This document shows positions 13,062 through 25,315 of a DNA stretch of 64,000 nucleotides, piece after piece. How positions within the stretch are numbered: position 1 is the first letter of the stretch; each line of letters begins with the position of its first letter. The DNA comes from Rhodosorus marinus CCMP1338 (lineage: Eukaryota > Plantae > Rhodophyta). A program made the translations under genes and the position numbers. The notes beneath the pieces are model-generated. The model did no database searches, was not told where the DNA came from, and was given only the letters and a program-made list of their open reading frames with translations. Where the stretch lies: assembly GCA_029953675.1 (NCBI GenBank), contig JAMWBK010000005.1, positions 2,604,001 to 2,668,000 of the forward strand, read 5' to 3'.

Positions 13062-13068
13062 TATATAT
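13062..13068 (-). promoter_or_regulatory. TATA-like box, paralogue A
   Basis: ATATATA about 130 nt upstream of the ATG; equivalent boxes lie upstream of the other three paralogues. Confidence 0.45.
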
Positions 13069-16000
13069 CAACCTCAAATATCCATCCCTATCCATCATCC
13101 ACAGACCAAAAAGTCAGCAAATCCAATCTTATAACTCCCAGCAAAATCCCCTCCCTCCCCCCCCCCACATCCTAAAAATGCTTAAGGCAGAATGGTCCAC
13201 AACCTGATCAAAACAAAATTTATTAATAATGATTAATATGTAGTCCAATAGATTCTCTTGGAGAACATTATTGTATGCGGACCGGGGGGGGGAGAATTAT
13301 ATTTCCACTTTTAGGTTTGAAAGAATTTTGCGTATTTCCACCCCCCTCAATATTTTGTAGTATATAATAATTTCAAAAAGGCCGTCGGGGGGTGGGGGGG
13401 GTGGGGTGAGGGGAATTATCTGTTTAGTCCCGAGCCTCCGAAAAACGAATTCGCCCATTCTTATCCATTGCACGGAATCAACTATGTGTGCTGAGGATTA
13501 AAGTCCACACTGGGTAGAGGGCGGGATTGGAATAAAGTCCACCTTGGATAGGACGGGTTTTGTTGGTTGGTGCGGGGAAGCTAGTAATTGGCTAACTCAT
13601 GATTTTGTGAGCATTAATTGGATGAACTAGAAACAATTAATTTGTTTTTAAGTACTCTTATCGGAACTATGGTTAATTAATACGTATATTGAAAACATAT
13701 ACACCAATTGTAGTGACTTCTTAGTATTAAGGGAAAATGAATGGTGGGTCTACATACTAAGCCTCTGCTATTGGCCATAATAGTGTTCCATATGTTTCTA
13801 TTAGTATTTTTTATTAGGTATTTCAATATTTCCTACATGTATCGACATCGCCTCAACCCAAGTTGGAACTTGTCCAACACGGCATGCTAGAACAATTGCC
13901 GTTTATTCTAGCAAGAATCCGATTCTGAAAATTGGAGTCCTCCAATACAGCTCTTGTTTGCCACGTCCAGTCCAAGAAACGCCCCAAAAAATTCTCGGGG
14001 CCCCCACCGATTCCTCGAGCGAGCCTCGTGAAATCAGGCTCGTTTTACTCGCTCCACAATAAAAACCCGGGATAACCATTAAAAATTCCTATCCGACCAG
14101 CCTAATATCGAAAAACCCACCCCCGCTTAAATCCCGTGTCTCCGTCCGCAATGGTCTACGTTCGGATTTCAATATCTGTCCAGGAAAGTGAATCTTTGTA
14201 CTGAATTGTGATAAAAATTAGATCATACATCAGGCCATGTGAAAACTTGATTGATCGTTGATTAGGGGGATCTTTTTGTTCGTTGGACAAGACGAGCTGC
14301 TTTGGTACCTTTGGAGTCCTTAGGCGTTACTTTACAGGGGAAGGAGGAGGTTGAAAGCCGCCCTTTTGGAATTTTTTTTACAACGTACAACGTAAGAGAT
14401 TCCTTAGGAACTGCAAGGGTGAGAGCTTTAACGCGGTTTCAAGATGAACGAGTCTCAAGCAGACGGTTTTTTACCCTTCAGAGGCTAAGACCCCCCAATG
14501 AGGTACGCTGGGAAGGGGGCAGAGGGCGGGCCTCCATAACTAAAGCAGGCTTACAGCGCAGGAGAGTGAATTTAGAACAAGTCTAAGTCAGGATGGCCAC
14601 GGTAACCTGCCGCGCAACCCCTACGACCACCAGCGCGAGAGAGATGTTTTAGGCAAAAGAATCGGAGCTTCGGCCATCTTCACTACTGGGATTTTGGTTG
14701 CGGGGGTCCGCCAACTGCCCATTTGGCTGGTACCCAGCTTTGAAGTAGAAGCCAGAACGATGATAGTTTTCCTTTTACGGTAAAGAAAAAACCTTGCTTT
14801 GGTCTATCTGCCTATACGCTATACTTGTACCGTCTAGGTACAACTATAAGTGTCATCATCTACTCTCGATCTCATCGACTTTTTTAAATGAATTTACAAC
14901 ACTGGCATCCTTTTTTATGATTCTATGGAATGAGAATATATATGACACTTAAATGCTTTTTGCTCATTTTTTTTTGGAATGGCCGTCGTCAGTACACTTT
15001 CAATTTCCGGGCACGGGGCCAAATCAAATAAATTGTTAGTTTTATCATGATCCGTAAATTCTTCTGGACAAATCTGCGCTTTGAGTGGGAATAAGATTGA
15101 TTGAATTCCAATAAAAATAATCCACTACAGCTGAAGTCTGTCCCGAACTTCAACTAAACAATTAAGGATTTGGAGCTTTTTTTGATGATTTTAACTATCG
15201 GGGAGCAGTGTTTTTCGAATTTTATATTTTTTAGCCGCGAAAGACATGGTCCTTGGTATGAAGTCAATTTGCTAATTGTTTTGATAAATTGTTTAGAACA
15301 GAGTTGTCTCGCACATGTACATGTCCATCGCCATCCCCCCAGGCCTTTTTCAAAAAGAATTATTGAGGGGGGAGTTGCTTTCGCACTTCAAATCGTCTGG
15401 GGACAGATTTTCTACCGGGTTCCAAAAACACTTATCGAAACAAACAGAAAACGATTACCTCGTTGATGAGTTTCTTTGATTCTTTATCCGAAATTGGAAA
15501 TCTGTAGGCCGGTATGGAGAGTTCATTTCTGGTTTCCCCGTCGTTCGCACGCCTTCGGCACGCGGGGTTCAGCCCTTGTGGCTTCTCTGCGCTGCCGGGC
15601 TTCGCGCTTCGGAGTAAACGTGGTTGCTCCTTAGCCTTCCTAGAGCGCGGCTGGTCCGGGACCAACCCCATCAAACATTGGGAAGAATCGGCCTCAAAAC
15701 GGCTCGACATCATCATGTGTTTTCGGACTAATGAAACGACCTACCCTAGCACAGCTTGAAGAGGTATATATTGCAATCCTTTAGGTCCCTCGTTTTTGAT
15801 GTACTCGGCATTAGAACGCGAGGCGTATTGCCTCAGGGTATTGACATCTGCTGCTTTCCAATACAAGAACGACCAGAGTGACTTGCGTCCCCCACAAAGG
15901 GATAAACTCTTGAGAGCTTCTCATCTGAGAAACTGTGAATAGAGAGAGCTACTAACAGTAACCCTCTCTGGAGTTTTGTCTGTAGCCTTGAAAATGACGC

Positions 16001-17418
16001 GAGCAGGAATTCAGGTTGTAGTTTGTGCTCGATGTACTAACTGAACATAAGCGAGGGGAATCAAGAACAAAGAAAGACCGGGTGTGGTCAGAAGTTCCTC
16101 ATGACAGGGTTCGACCAAGTGAAATTCTTAACAGCGAAACCGAGATTACAAGGCTGCTGGGGGAGCTGTTCTCGCCAGATATCAGGAACGTCCATTCCCA
16201 CAACGGTTTGAGAAACAAGTTTCCTACTCGGGCACTCCAGGACGTCGGAGCTCTCTCTGGTTCAAACCCACTTTTCACATCGAGAAACCCAAATCAACTA
16301 CTTCCTCGTTTCCGATTCCTACTAAATTACTCCCGAAAAGATAAAAACAGTTTACTCAAAAACCCGCATTTAGATGTATCATATCAAATCAGTTTATAGC
16401 AAAAGAGAAAATCAGTGTCGTAGAAAACATTTTCTACGCGTAAAAATTCCACCTTTCAATAATTATTGTGTGTACGTTGAATAATTAAAGACTTTTTGAT
16501 GCCATCGGCAATCTTTTTGCTCTAGCTCAATAATCTGATGGAAAGTTATTGATTATTCAATGTACAGAATTGAGCGATGAGAAAAGGCAACGAAAAACAA
16601 GTTAAATTCTAAGACTTGATTTAGCTTCTTTTTCCAATATATTCTTGTTTGTTTCACAAAACAAGAACTCTTCTCGCGTTGAAAAGCAAAACTGCTGATT
16701 CTGGACTGCTTTGCTCGTCTGGGAGATTATTATCGGAAGTGGCGAACCGCAGGAGTTTCGCTCGGTTCCTGCATTCTCAACTGCTCCGAGGAGGATGCTC
16801 TGTACAAAAAACATGCAGAATGGACATCCTGAGAGTTTTTAGAGCAGAGCTCCTCCTAGCAGCCTTGTATTCACGGTTTCTCAGATGGAAACTTTACGCG
16901 GTTGCGAGCCGGGTCATCAGGAAAGTAAACCACACCCGAACTTCCTTTGTTCTGGTGAGCTACCGACGCCTGTACCCTCAGACACACCCTCGCACGCTTG
17001 CTCAGTTAGTGAATCGAGCACAAGCTACTAAATGTCTGCCTGCTCACTGCGTTTTCAGGTCTATCCACGTACCGCAGCTACAGTTAAGGCCTGTCGGAAA
17101 AGGTCAGTCGAAGACAACGATCGATCTGAGAGCGTTCTCATGCGTGCAAACTGGATCAGCAGGGTAGCTATGGACTATCGGAAAACGTGATTTAATCTCT
17201 CTTGCGTATACAACTCAACATCCAAATAAATTCAAATCCCCAGGTCCTCCGACGGATACTAGCAGCCTATTGATACAGGTTTTGGGTTCGTTCTCTTCGA
17301 TAGCTCTGTTGTACTCAGCAACTTCGTCAGCAACATTTGCCAACCCTACGAGCGCAGTTCAGCCGGAAAACTGGTTCCTGCAGCAGCTTCGGCAAAGGGT
17401 CGTCTCTGGGGTACATTA

Positions 17419-18405
17419 CTAAGCTTGGAGCTCCTCGTCGAGATCCATTTTGTATTCATGAATAGAGTACGCAACATTCGAGAACGTCACAGCTGAAAGT
17501 CCAGCAAGCAGCGTCGTTCCAACCGCGGCTCCCGCAATGAACGTCTGAGGCCACACAGCACTCGCCAACGTACCCATCCACAGGAATCCAAGCGCCGCAC
17601 CGCACGCTGCAAACCATTCCTTCTTGTACGCAACCACAATGCCCATCAATCCACCGATCAGTTGGAATACTCCAGCCGTAATCGTCAATCCAGGGTAGAT
17701 AATCACCATCGGCTCCGATACCACTGGAGCATCGTACGGTCCGGGTCCAACGTTCGCTCTGATGATCGATCCGCCAATGAGGAAGAAAAGTCCGCTCAGG
17801 GCTAGGTTGCTCGACCACATGGTTAGACGGATCTTCGAGTATCCAACCCCCTTGGACTTTCCTGTCGCCTGCATAGCGCGGATGACATTCCCCACCATGA
17901 ACTGACCTCCCTGAAGCGCAAAGCACCACGTGATACCGGCCAAAAGTCCGTACGTCCTGAAAGCATCGTACTGCGAAAGCGTTAACGGAAGACCCTCCGG
18001 TACCTCTCGAATGTTGGCGATGTTGAAGATCGGCTGTGCCAGTACCCACACGGTAAAGACAAACCAACCCAGAACAAATGCCATAATCAACCATCCAGTC
18101 GTAATCATCTTGCTTCCATATCTGAAAAGTGCGAGCGCGGCTGCGAGAATGACCCCGGCGAGGCCAAAGAGGATCTCACCGCAAGCGGCCACCAGCAACA
18201 GTGTCTGGTTGAATGCCGCGGGCTCGGGGGTACCAACGAGAGTCGACCTGACGGCACCCTCGTTCATAACGAGGTATGACACAAAGGCAAATACTCCTGC
18301 GGTGACTAGGAGTCTTGCATTGCTCCCCAAGTTGCCCTGCTTCTGTTCTTCAATATCGACATCGACGTCGATCTCCGCCTCTCTCGTCTGTTCTTCCAAA
18401 CTCAT
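17419..18405 (-). CDS. Uncharacterised 8-TM membrane protein, paralogue B (328 aa, intronless)
   Basis: Same family motifs; ATG at 18405 (MSLEEQ...). Confidence 0.9.
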   Translation of the reverse strand: MSLEEQTREAEIDVDVDIEEQKQGNLGSNARLLVTAGVFAFVSYLVMNEGAVRSTLVGTPEPAAFNQTLLLVAACGEILFGLAGVILAAALALFRYGSKMITTGWLIMAFVLGWFVFTVWVLAQPIFNIANIREVPEGLPLTLSQYDAFRTYGLLAGITWCFALQGGQFMVGNVIRAMQATGKSKGVGYSKIRLTMWSSNLALSGLFFLIGGSIIRANVGPGPYDAPVVSEPMVIIYPGLTITAGVFQLIGGLMGIVVAYKKEWFAACGAALGFLWMGTLASAVWPQTFIAGAAVGTTLLAGLSAVTFSNVAYSIHEYKMDLDEELQA

Positions 18406-18512
18406 CCTTCTCGTCGTTGCAAAATTGGCCTCTACCCTTCCGTCTCTGTGTCTGTCTGTATGACTGAGTGTCCCAGCCATCACCCACGTCCCAGGATTGG
18501 AAAGGCAGTTCG

Positions 18513-18520
18513 TTTTATAA
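18513..18520 (-). promoter_or_regulatory. TATA-like box, paralogue B
   Basis: TTATAAAA about 110 nt upstream of the ATG. Confidence 0.5.
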
Positions 18521-20575
18521 GCAAGGGTTCGCCTCTCCTTCAACGTACTTGTATCCCGAGATCAGTATCCGGGAGAAAAGCTAGTTGCCTCGGGGTTGAT
18601 CCCGGGTCTACTGCACGCACTTGATGCGCGTACTATGTGATTGCCACCAACAACAATTGAGGTGAATTGGATCGCAATTCGAGTACAGAATTCCGGAGCC
18701 CTGAAAACTCCACAAATGGCTCATGTACAGTGAACGGGCAATAAAATAAAGAAATTCAGCCCCGAAAGTCGGCCGCGGTGCGGGATCGCTTTTTTACACG
18801 AAAACAGCTGACTAACGCCGTATCCATTAACTGACATCTTGCAGGTGTGTACCATTTTGCTGAGAGTTTTGTGGGCGTCCAGGAGTTGCGAAAGTCCTCT
18901 TCCGACCCCAGAATCTAAGTGCTCTTCTATCGCTCTTCCTTCGCCCGTCCAGAAACTAGGATACGTAGCAGGTACTCTGAGGCAAAAGATACATACATTC
19001 TGTACTTGCCGAGACCCTCAAAAACCCTGTTCACCACATGTGGCTGTGCAGCCACACAGAAAACGAGAAAAAGGGTGGAAAAACGTACTGGAGAATGTAT
19101 TCTGTTCCTTACTAATTCTATTCACTAAATTATCTATTAATAGATTTACTTATGATACAACAGATATATACAGGATGTAGTCCCGGAAAGGTATTTTATA
19201 TTTGTACAATGATTAACTTCATAATCGACACCGGATAGAAAAAATCTGATTCGACCGTTGACGTCTCATTAGCCTTCTGGGTTGGCTTAATAGATGTAGA
19301 ATTGAAATACAATCTAAATAAACTTTCTACTCCAAAACCTGTGCTCAACCTCGATGAGCGAAAGCATATCTGTCCTATTAAAAACATATAAGATTTGAGT
19401 TATTTAGAACACGTGTATTTTTTTCATTCGACTGATTATCCCTGAATTTGGAAATTTGTGATCGCGAAGGAGAAACTGTTCGTATACATATATGTATTTT
19501 TATATTCTATAAATATTGCAATTTTTGCGTTTGCGAATTAATCATTGAAAAAAGCCACTCGAAAAAGCAGTGCAGAATAGGACAAAACATTACAAAAAAA
19601 ATTATATATATTGGACCTGGGGCCTGACGTTTACCATTAATTCTTCAACTACTGCTGTTGCAAGCTGAGTATTCTAAGTTTTGGAAATGGGCGTGACCGT
19701 TTCTACCCTGTCGGTGTGGACGAGGAAGGAGTTACGTTTAGGGAAATGAATTCCCCATCCTGCTGCCCCGGTAATATAAGGGGAGAACATTTCCCATTTT
19801 CCCACGCTACGTAAAGGACTTCTTTCCAATCCCCCAAGCTTCGGCATTGATGCGTGCTCCCACCAGAAGCAAATCCGATTCTCAAAAATGGGAATCATGC
19901 ATGTTGATGACTCTGCTTGACAGCTGTCACATGATCTCGAGCACCTTTACGACTGATGGGACTTTCTCGATATCCCGTGTCACACTGAGGACATTGTCAT
20001 CCACCAAGGACACAACTTTTCTCTCCAAAACATAGAAAGTCCAGCATGACTGTGGACGTCCTCAACCTCTCTCGCCATGATTGGAGGCGAATCAAGCACA
20101 GTCTTCGTACAAGCGTGCCTTATCCGGAGAATCTCGCCAGACCAAACGTCGTTATGCACGCTCGTCTCTGAGAGGGTCTGGAGACGCCCACCAGCGGCAA
20201 ACTTCCGCTATTGGGGCTTCCAGTTTGCTTCAGATTGGAATAAGTGTAAACTTATGCAAACAAAACAGCAGATGACTTAAAAGGCCCGTATTGCTAGGGC
20301 ATTGGGAACTGCGTCAATAAAATCTGTCCCTTTAGTCAACCGAGCAACATTAGACAGTACCAACCTGCGGTGGATAAACCGGGATTTCTTGAGGGCGTGA
20401 TTAGTGGAAATCGATCGTAACAATGACACCTCTGTGCTAAGATTCGGGACGGTGTCAGATCGGGACTTCAGCTCCAGTGACTTTTTGTTTTAGTAAAGTT
20501 TGATACAAGTTTCTTCGAAATTAGATCTTCTAGTGTGATCATTACAGTTGTACATTAAGAACTTGGGACACTTGT

Positions 20576-21562
20576 CTAAGCTTGGAGCTCCTCGTCGAGA
20601 TCCATTTTGTATTCATGAATAGAGTACGCAACATTCGAGAACGTCACAGCTGAAAGTCCAGCAAGCAGCGTCGTTCCAACCGCGGCTCCCGCAATGAACG
20701 TCTGAGGCCACACAGCACTCGCCAACGTACCCATCCACAGGAATCCAAGCGCCGCACCGCACGCTGCAAACCATTCCTTCTTGTACGCAACCACAATGCC
20801 CATCAATCCACCGATCAGTTGGAATACTCCAGCCGTAATCGTCAATCCAGGGTAGATAATCACCATCGGCTCCGATACCACTGGAGCATCGTACGGTCCG
20901 GGTCCAACGTTCGCTCTGATGATCGATCCGCCAATGAGGAAGAAAAGTCCGCTCAGGGCTAGGTTGCTCGACCACATGGTCAGACGGATCTTCGAGTATC
21001 CAACCCCCTTGGACTTTCCTGTCGCCTGCATAGCGCGGATGACATTCCCCACCATGAACTGACCTCCCTGAAGCGCAAAGCACCACGTGATACCGGCCAA
21101 AAGTCCGTACGTCCTGAAAGCATCGTACTGCGAAAGCGTTAACGGAAGACCCTCCGGTACCTCTCGAATGTTGGCGATGTTGAAGATCGGCTGTGCCAGT
21201 ACCCACACGGTAAAGACAAACCAACCCAGAACAAATGCCATAATCAACCATCCAGTCGTAATCATCTTGCTTCCATATCTGAAAAGTGCGAGCGCGGCTG
21301 CGAGAATGACCCCGGCGAGGCCAAAGAGGATCTCACCGCAAGCGGCCACCAGCAACAGTGTCTGGTTGAATGCCGCGGGCTCGGGGGTACCAACGAGAGT
21401 CGACCTGACGGCACCCTCGTTCATAACGAGGTATGACACAAAGGCAAATACTCCTGCGGTGACTAGGAGTCTTGCATTGCTCCCCAAGTTGCCCTGCTTC
21501 TGTTCTTCAATATCGACATCGACGTCGATCTCCGCCTCTCTCGTCTGTTCTTCCAAACTCAT
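20576..21562 (-). CDS. Uncharacterised 8-TM membrane protein, paralogue C (protein identical to B)
   Basis: The CDS matches B except at one synonymous site (17824 T vs 20981 C on the + strand). Confidence 0.9.
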   Translation of the reverse strand: MSLEEQTREAEIDVDVDIEEQKQGNLGSNARLLVTAGVFAFVSYLVMNEGAVRSTLVGTPEPAAFNQTLLLVAACGEILFGLAGVILAAALALFRYGSKMITTGWLIMAFVLGWFVFTVWVLAQPIFNIANIREVPEGLPLTLSQYDAFRTYGLLAGITWCFALQGGQFMVGNVIRAMQATGKSKGVGYSKIRLTMWSSNLALSGLFFLIGGSIIRANVGPGPYDAPVVSEPMVIIYPGLTITAGVFQLIGGLMGIVVAYKKEWFAACGAALGFLWMGTLASAVWPQTFIAGAAVGTTLLAGLSAVTFSNVAYSIHEYKMDLDEELQA

Positions 21563-21691
21563 CCTTCTCGTCGTTGCAAATTTATCAATCTTTAAATCGT
21601 TCTTCAAACTCTGGAGTCCTCGCTTTCAGTGTGTTGTGTGCTTGGTAATAGTCCTTGCTATCAGCCATTGATCCTGATCGAGGACGATCCA

Positions 21692-21701
21692 CCTTATATA
21701 C
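21692..21701 (-). promoter_or_regulatory. TATA-like box, paralogue C
   Basis: GTATATAAGG about 135 nt upstream of the ATG. Confidence 0.55.
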
Positions 21702-22631
21702 ACCACGAACCTACCACGAACCAACATTCTGATCCAGGTATGTAGAAAACACAAACCTCTTCTCAAGGTTGAAAAACTCTCACCAGGTCCCTCCCTGTCA
21801 CTTGCCCCTCCACATCAGCTCCTCGTATTCACTCTCAACCGATTTTCAGCGATCCACCGTGCTCAGGTTGATGCGCGATCCAAATTAGAAAAGCGAATAC
21901 TTTTTCGCAGCTGTCAGCACTAAAAAATCCCGAAAAAATACATGGTCGGAAAACTTTGAAAACCCATAATACACGCTGGCGTCACTAATTAACCGTAGAG
22001 TTGGGACAGATGCTATTCGGGTCATGTGTTTTTGTTTAAATTGTAGATAGCTAACTGACGTCCTCCCTAAAAAGGTATGTTTTCTATACCTACTCAAGCG
22101 GACGAAAATCAACGTGAAAGCATTGAAAACACATGTTCTGGTTCCATTCCTACTCTCAGAAAATCACCAGCGTCTCAGTTTCGCCTTTTGCGCGTATTGC
22201 GAAATGGGCAAACCTTTAGACAGTCCAGCTTATGCCAGAAACTCAACTATTCAATATAAGAGCCACTGAATAAATTGTATAAAAATAAAAATAGATTGAT
22301 CAAACAATGATTGAGCGTATATTGACACGTGGTAGTACTTGATTAGATGGGGGTGCCCTTTTCGATTGATACGATCTCATTTAATTGTATTCATTTGAAA
22401 TATGTTGTATTACAAAGTATTATTGAGGGGCGGTGGTGTGCTATATTTTGAATAAAACAGTTCCCGTAGAAATCAATTTTTATTATATATATATTTGCTG
22501 TCGATAAAAAGCTGGTAGACGATACTTTTGACGTACGAAAATATTTTGAATTTATGGTACACGTTGTCCAATAGAAACGAGCTGATTGATGAAGTCTATT
22601 TAATTCCTCAGCATTCAATTTTCTTTTTGTC

Positions 22632-23201
22632 TCAGTCATGTGAATAAGTAGCAGCGGTCGTGTACCGTGGTACACGAGCGGGGTAGAAAACGGAGGTGCC
22701 GTTGGCGGGACGCATTCTGGGTTCAGATTCTAAAAGAGGCTTGTACGGCATGTGATAAGGACGTTCTTCACCTACAGACAAGTTTCGATTCGGTGGAGCA
22801 CCGGATGAAAGGGCCATAGCCATCAGGGTCACCGAATTTTTGGATACGGATTGTACTGCATTTCTTGGACGTGATAGGAGCATCATCTATTGGCGCAAGG
22901 TAATTTGTTTCTTCGTCTCCCCAGAAATGTATTCCTTCCGCGAAGCGGGCCAAGGGTTTGGCGGTGTCACCGAGGAATTGTTCAAGAAGTCCGGCGCAGA
23001 GTCTAATCGGGCCATCCAATCCAAACTGTTCTTGTCCACAACTAAAAACCGGTACACGTTCCTGGCCCTACTACCTACACGACTTCGTGCTGATTCTCTT
23101 TCAGTCTCTCGTCTAGTGCAGCTTCCAAACCAAATCGCCAAGGGGGACGGTAGATCAGAAGACTCATAGGCAGTTGTCTGTGTACTATGATCGTCAGACA
23201 T
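22632..23201 (-). pseudogene. Possible interrupted ORF (104 + 84 codons, same frame, one TAG), unidentified
   Basis: ORFs 22887-23201 and 22632-22886 abut in frame across ..CAA TAG ATG ATG... The segment is GC-richer than the surrounding AT-rich spacer. No recognisable domain. Confidence 0.25.
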
Positions 23202-24196
23202 TTCCTATTCACACATTCCCTATAGTTTCATAGCCTTGCCCCTACGCTTTTGACATCAACCTAACCAACTCAGCGGGACCCGGATGTCCCTGGCCACCTA
23301 AACGACGGCATCCACAGTTTCCTGACTAATTTCTTTTGAAATTGTAGGAAATCTTTTGTCCCCATAAACAATATTTCTTTGAATTTTAGGCTGGGCAAAG
23401 TTTTGCCTTGTTAAAAATATCTCTCCCCCAAAAAGGGCGCTTCGTCATTGGCATCGATGCAGACAACGGGACAGGTGGGGGTTACGTTAGTCTGGCAACG
23501 GATTTCTTTTCTTTTTTCTACCGCCTCTATCTTTCCCACCTGAACTATTGCCATAGAACCTGAGATACATTTGCGCTGAAGTAGCTTTCCCGACGTGGTC
23601 GGTAGAGATAGTTGCCCCATTTCAACAGCTTCGACGAGCTTCTGATGCAGCAGGGTCGTTCTCTCTCCATCTCTTCGTGATATGCAAGGATCTAATTCAA
23701 TTTCCCTTGGTGTGCACGTCTTAGCTTTATTTAGCAGACGATCCGTGGTTGACAATCAAGTTCGAGGTGGTTTGGAAAGACTTGCCTCTGAATTTAGTTT
23801 CTTGTCCCCGTAGCGCTATTGGGATCCCATTGTCCAAATTCCGTGACTACCTACGGCAGCCGAACAAAAAACACTCTTAAGGTGATATGCAAGGAAAAGA
23901 AAATCCTGTCTACGGGTCACCCACGGGGATGACCCTGACGTGTGGGTCCTACACAGTGAGCAAGGACACTGTTGGTACAACGATCCACACCCGGAAGAAG
24001 CGAATTCTATGTAACAAGCGGGAAACATGTCATTCTCGTGATCTTTGAAAAGAACGCGTGGAATCCGTGGGCTTTGAGGTAGCGTGCGTACGGCAGATTT
24101 TAGGAGTTGGGTCTAGAAATGTACCAATCGATCCTTCATTATTTATTTTAGAGATCAGCATTCGGAACACAGCTTCTTCTCAAGGCAAGGAGAAAT

Positions 24197-25162
24197 TCAG
24201 CTCTCCGCCAGGAGTTCCTGCTCGTATTCGCTGGCAGAATATGCAACGTTGCCATGGATCATGGTGCACAGGCCTGCAAGGAGCGTTGTCGCTGGAGCGA
24301 TACCTCCCAAGAACGCTGGAGTCCACACGATCGTGGCGAGACTGAAGAGGTACGAGAATGCCACGAACACAGTAACGGTCTTGAACATTCTCCTCATTAT
24401 CGCCGCTGAAACGGCAAAGGTTCCGAACAGGAATTGAATAATTCCAGCCGCAATGGTGAGACCCGGGTACACGATGAATATCGGCGGGAACGCTTGAACA
24501 GGCTCAAGTGGACCTGGTCCGTAAGCAACGCTTGCTACAGAGCCAGCAATCACAAACACAATTCCACTCAGGGAAATGTTAAGCGACCACATGATCAATC
24601 TGATCTGAGCGTATTTTTCTCCCCTCGTCTTTCCTTGATCCTGATGACCTCGAATGACATTTCCAACCATGAACTGGCCCCCTTGCAGAGCGAAGCACCA
24701 GAAAATACCTCCGAAAAGGCTCATCGTTCTCAGTAGGTCGAACTGCTGAATCGTCAGGGGTTCTGGTGCCGTCCGAACGTTCACGAGGTTCCAGATGGGG
24801 AACGCGAGTACCCATACGCTGAACACAAACCATCCGAGAACAAAGGCCAGCCCCATCCAGCTTAGAGTCACGAACTTATTGCCGAAACGGAATAGAAGCA
24901 GTGCTATTCCCATAAGAAAGCCAGCGAGCCCAAAGAGGACTTCACCGGAGGAGGCCACGAGCCTCAGAGTCTCGGAGAAGGCTGCCGGTTCTGGCGTCGC
25001 GACTTGGGTCGAACGAATTGCTCCTTCGTTCATCACGAGGTAGGAGTAAAGAGTGAAGACAGAAATGGCAACCAGGAACCTTCTGGTCCAAATCGTGCCC
25101 CGCTGCACTTTCTGGTCTTCAATGTCATCGATGATGTCGGTTTCTCTCCCAGCGACGTCCAT
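24197..25162 (-). CDS. Uncharacterised 8-TM membrane protein, paralogue D (321 aa, intronless)
   Basis: YLVMNEGAIR, GEVLFGLAG, LGWFVFSVWVLA, FWCFALQGGQFMVGNVIR, YPGL motifs. Confidence 0.9.
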   Translation of the reverse strand: MDVAGRETDIIDDIEDQKVQRGTIWTRRFLVAISVFTLYSYLVMNEGAIRSTQVATPEPAAFSETLRLVASSGEVLFGLAGFLMGIALLLFRFGNKFVTLSWMGLAFVLGWFVFSVWVLAFPIWNLVNVRTAPEPLTIQQFDLLRTMSLFGGIFWCFALQGGQFMVGNVIRGHQDQGKTRGEKYAQIRLIMWSLNISLSGIVFVIAGSVASVAYGPGPLEPVQAFPPIFIVYPGLTIAAGIIQFLFGTFAVSAAIMRRMFKTVTVFVAFSYLFSLATIVWTPAFLGGIAPATTLLAGLCTMIHGNVAYSASEYEQELLAES

Positions 25163-25315
25163 TTTCCTTGGATTTCAGCCTCAACTTCTTGTTGGTTCTG
25201 CAGTGATAGTTGTACTCTGCTTATGCTACTTGCTACCTCACTACGTCTTCTCAAAGTCTGCCGTATGACTGTAGTGTGGAGTTGAACGCGATGGGCACAA
25301 TCCCATAGACAATCG

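Noticed and set aside
18565-18615. tRNA- or SINE-like motif (GGGGTTGATCCCGGG)
   Set aside because: No GTTCRA T-loop, cloverleaf or A-box could be built. I found no tRNA or rRNA genes in the window.
12935-21607. N-terminal extensions from the ORF track (starts at 12997, 18543, 21607)
   Set aside because: They begin at non-ATG codons and differ between B and C. The ATGs at 12934, 18405 and 21562 align across paralogues and fit the TATA spacing.
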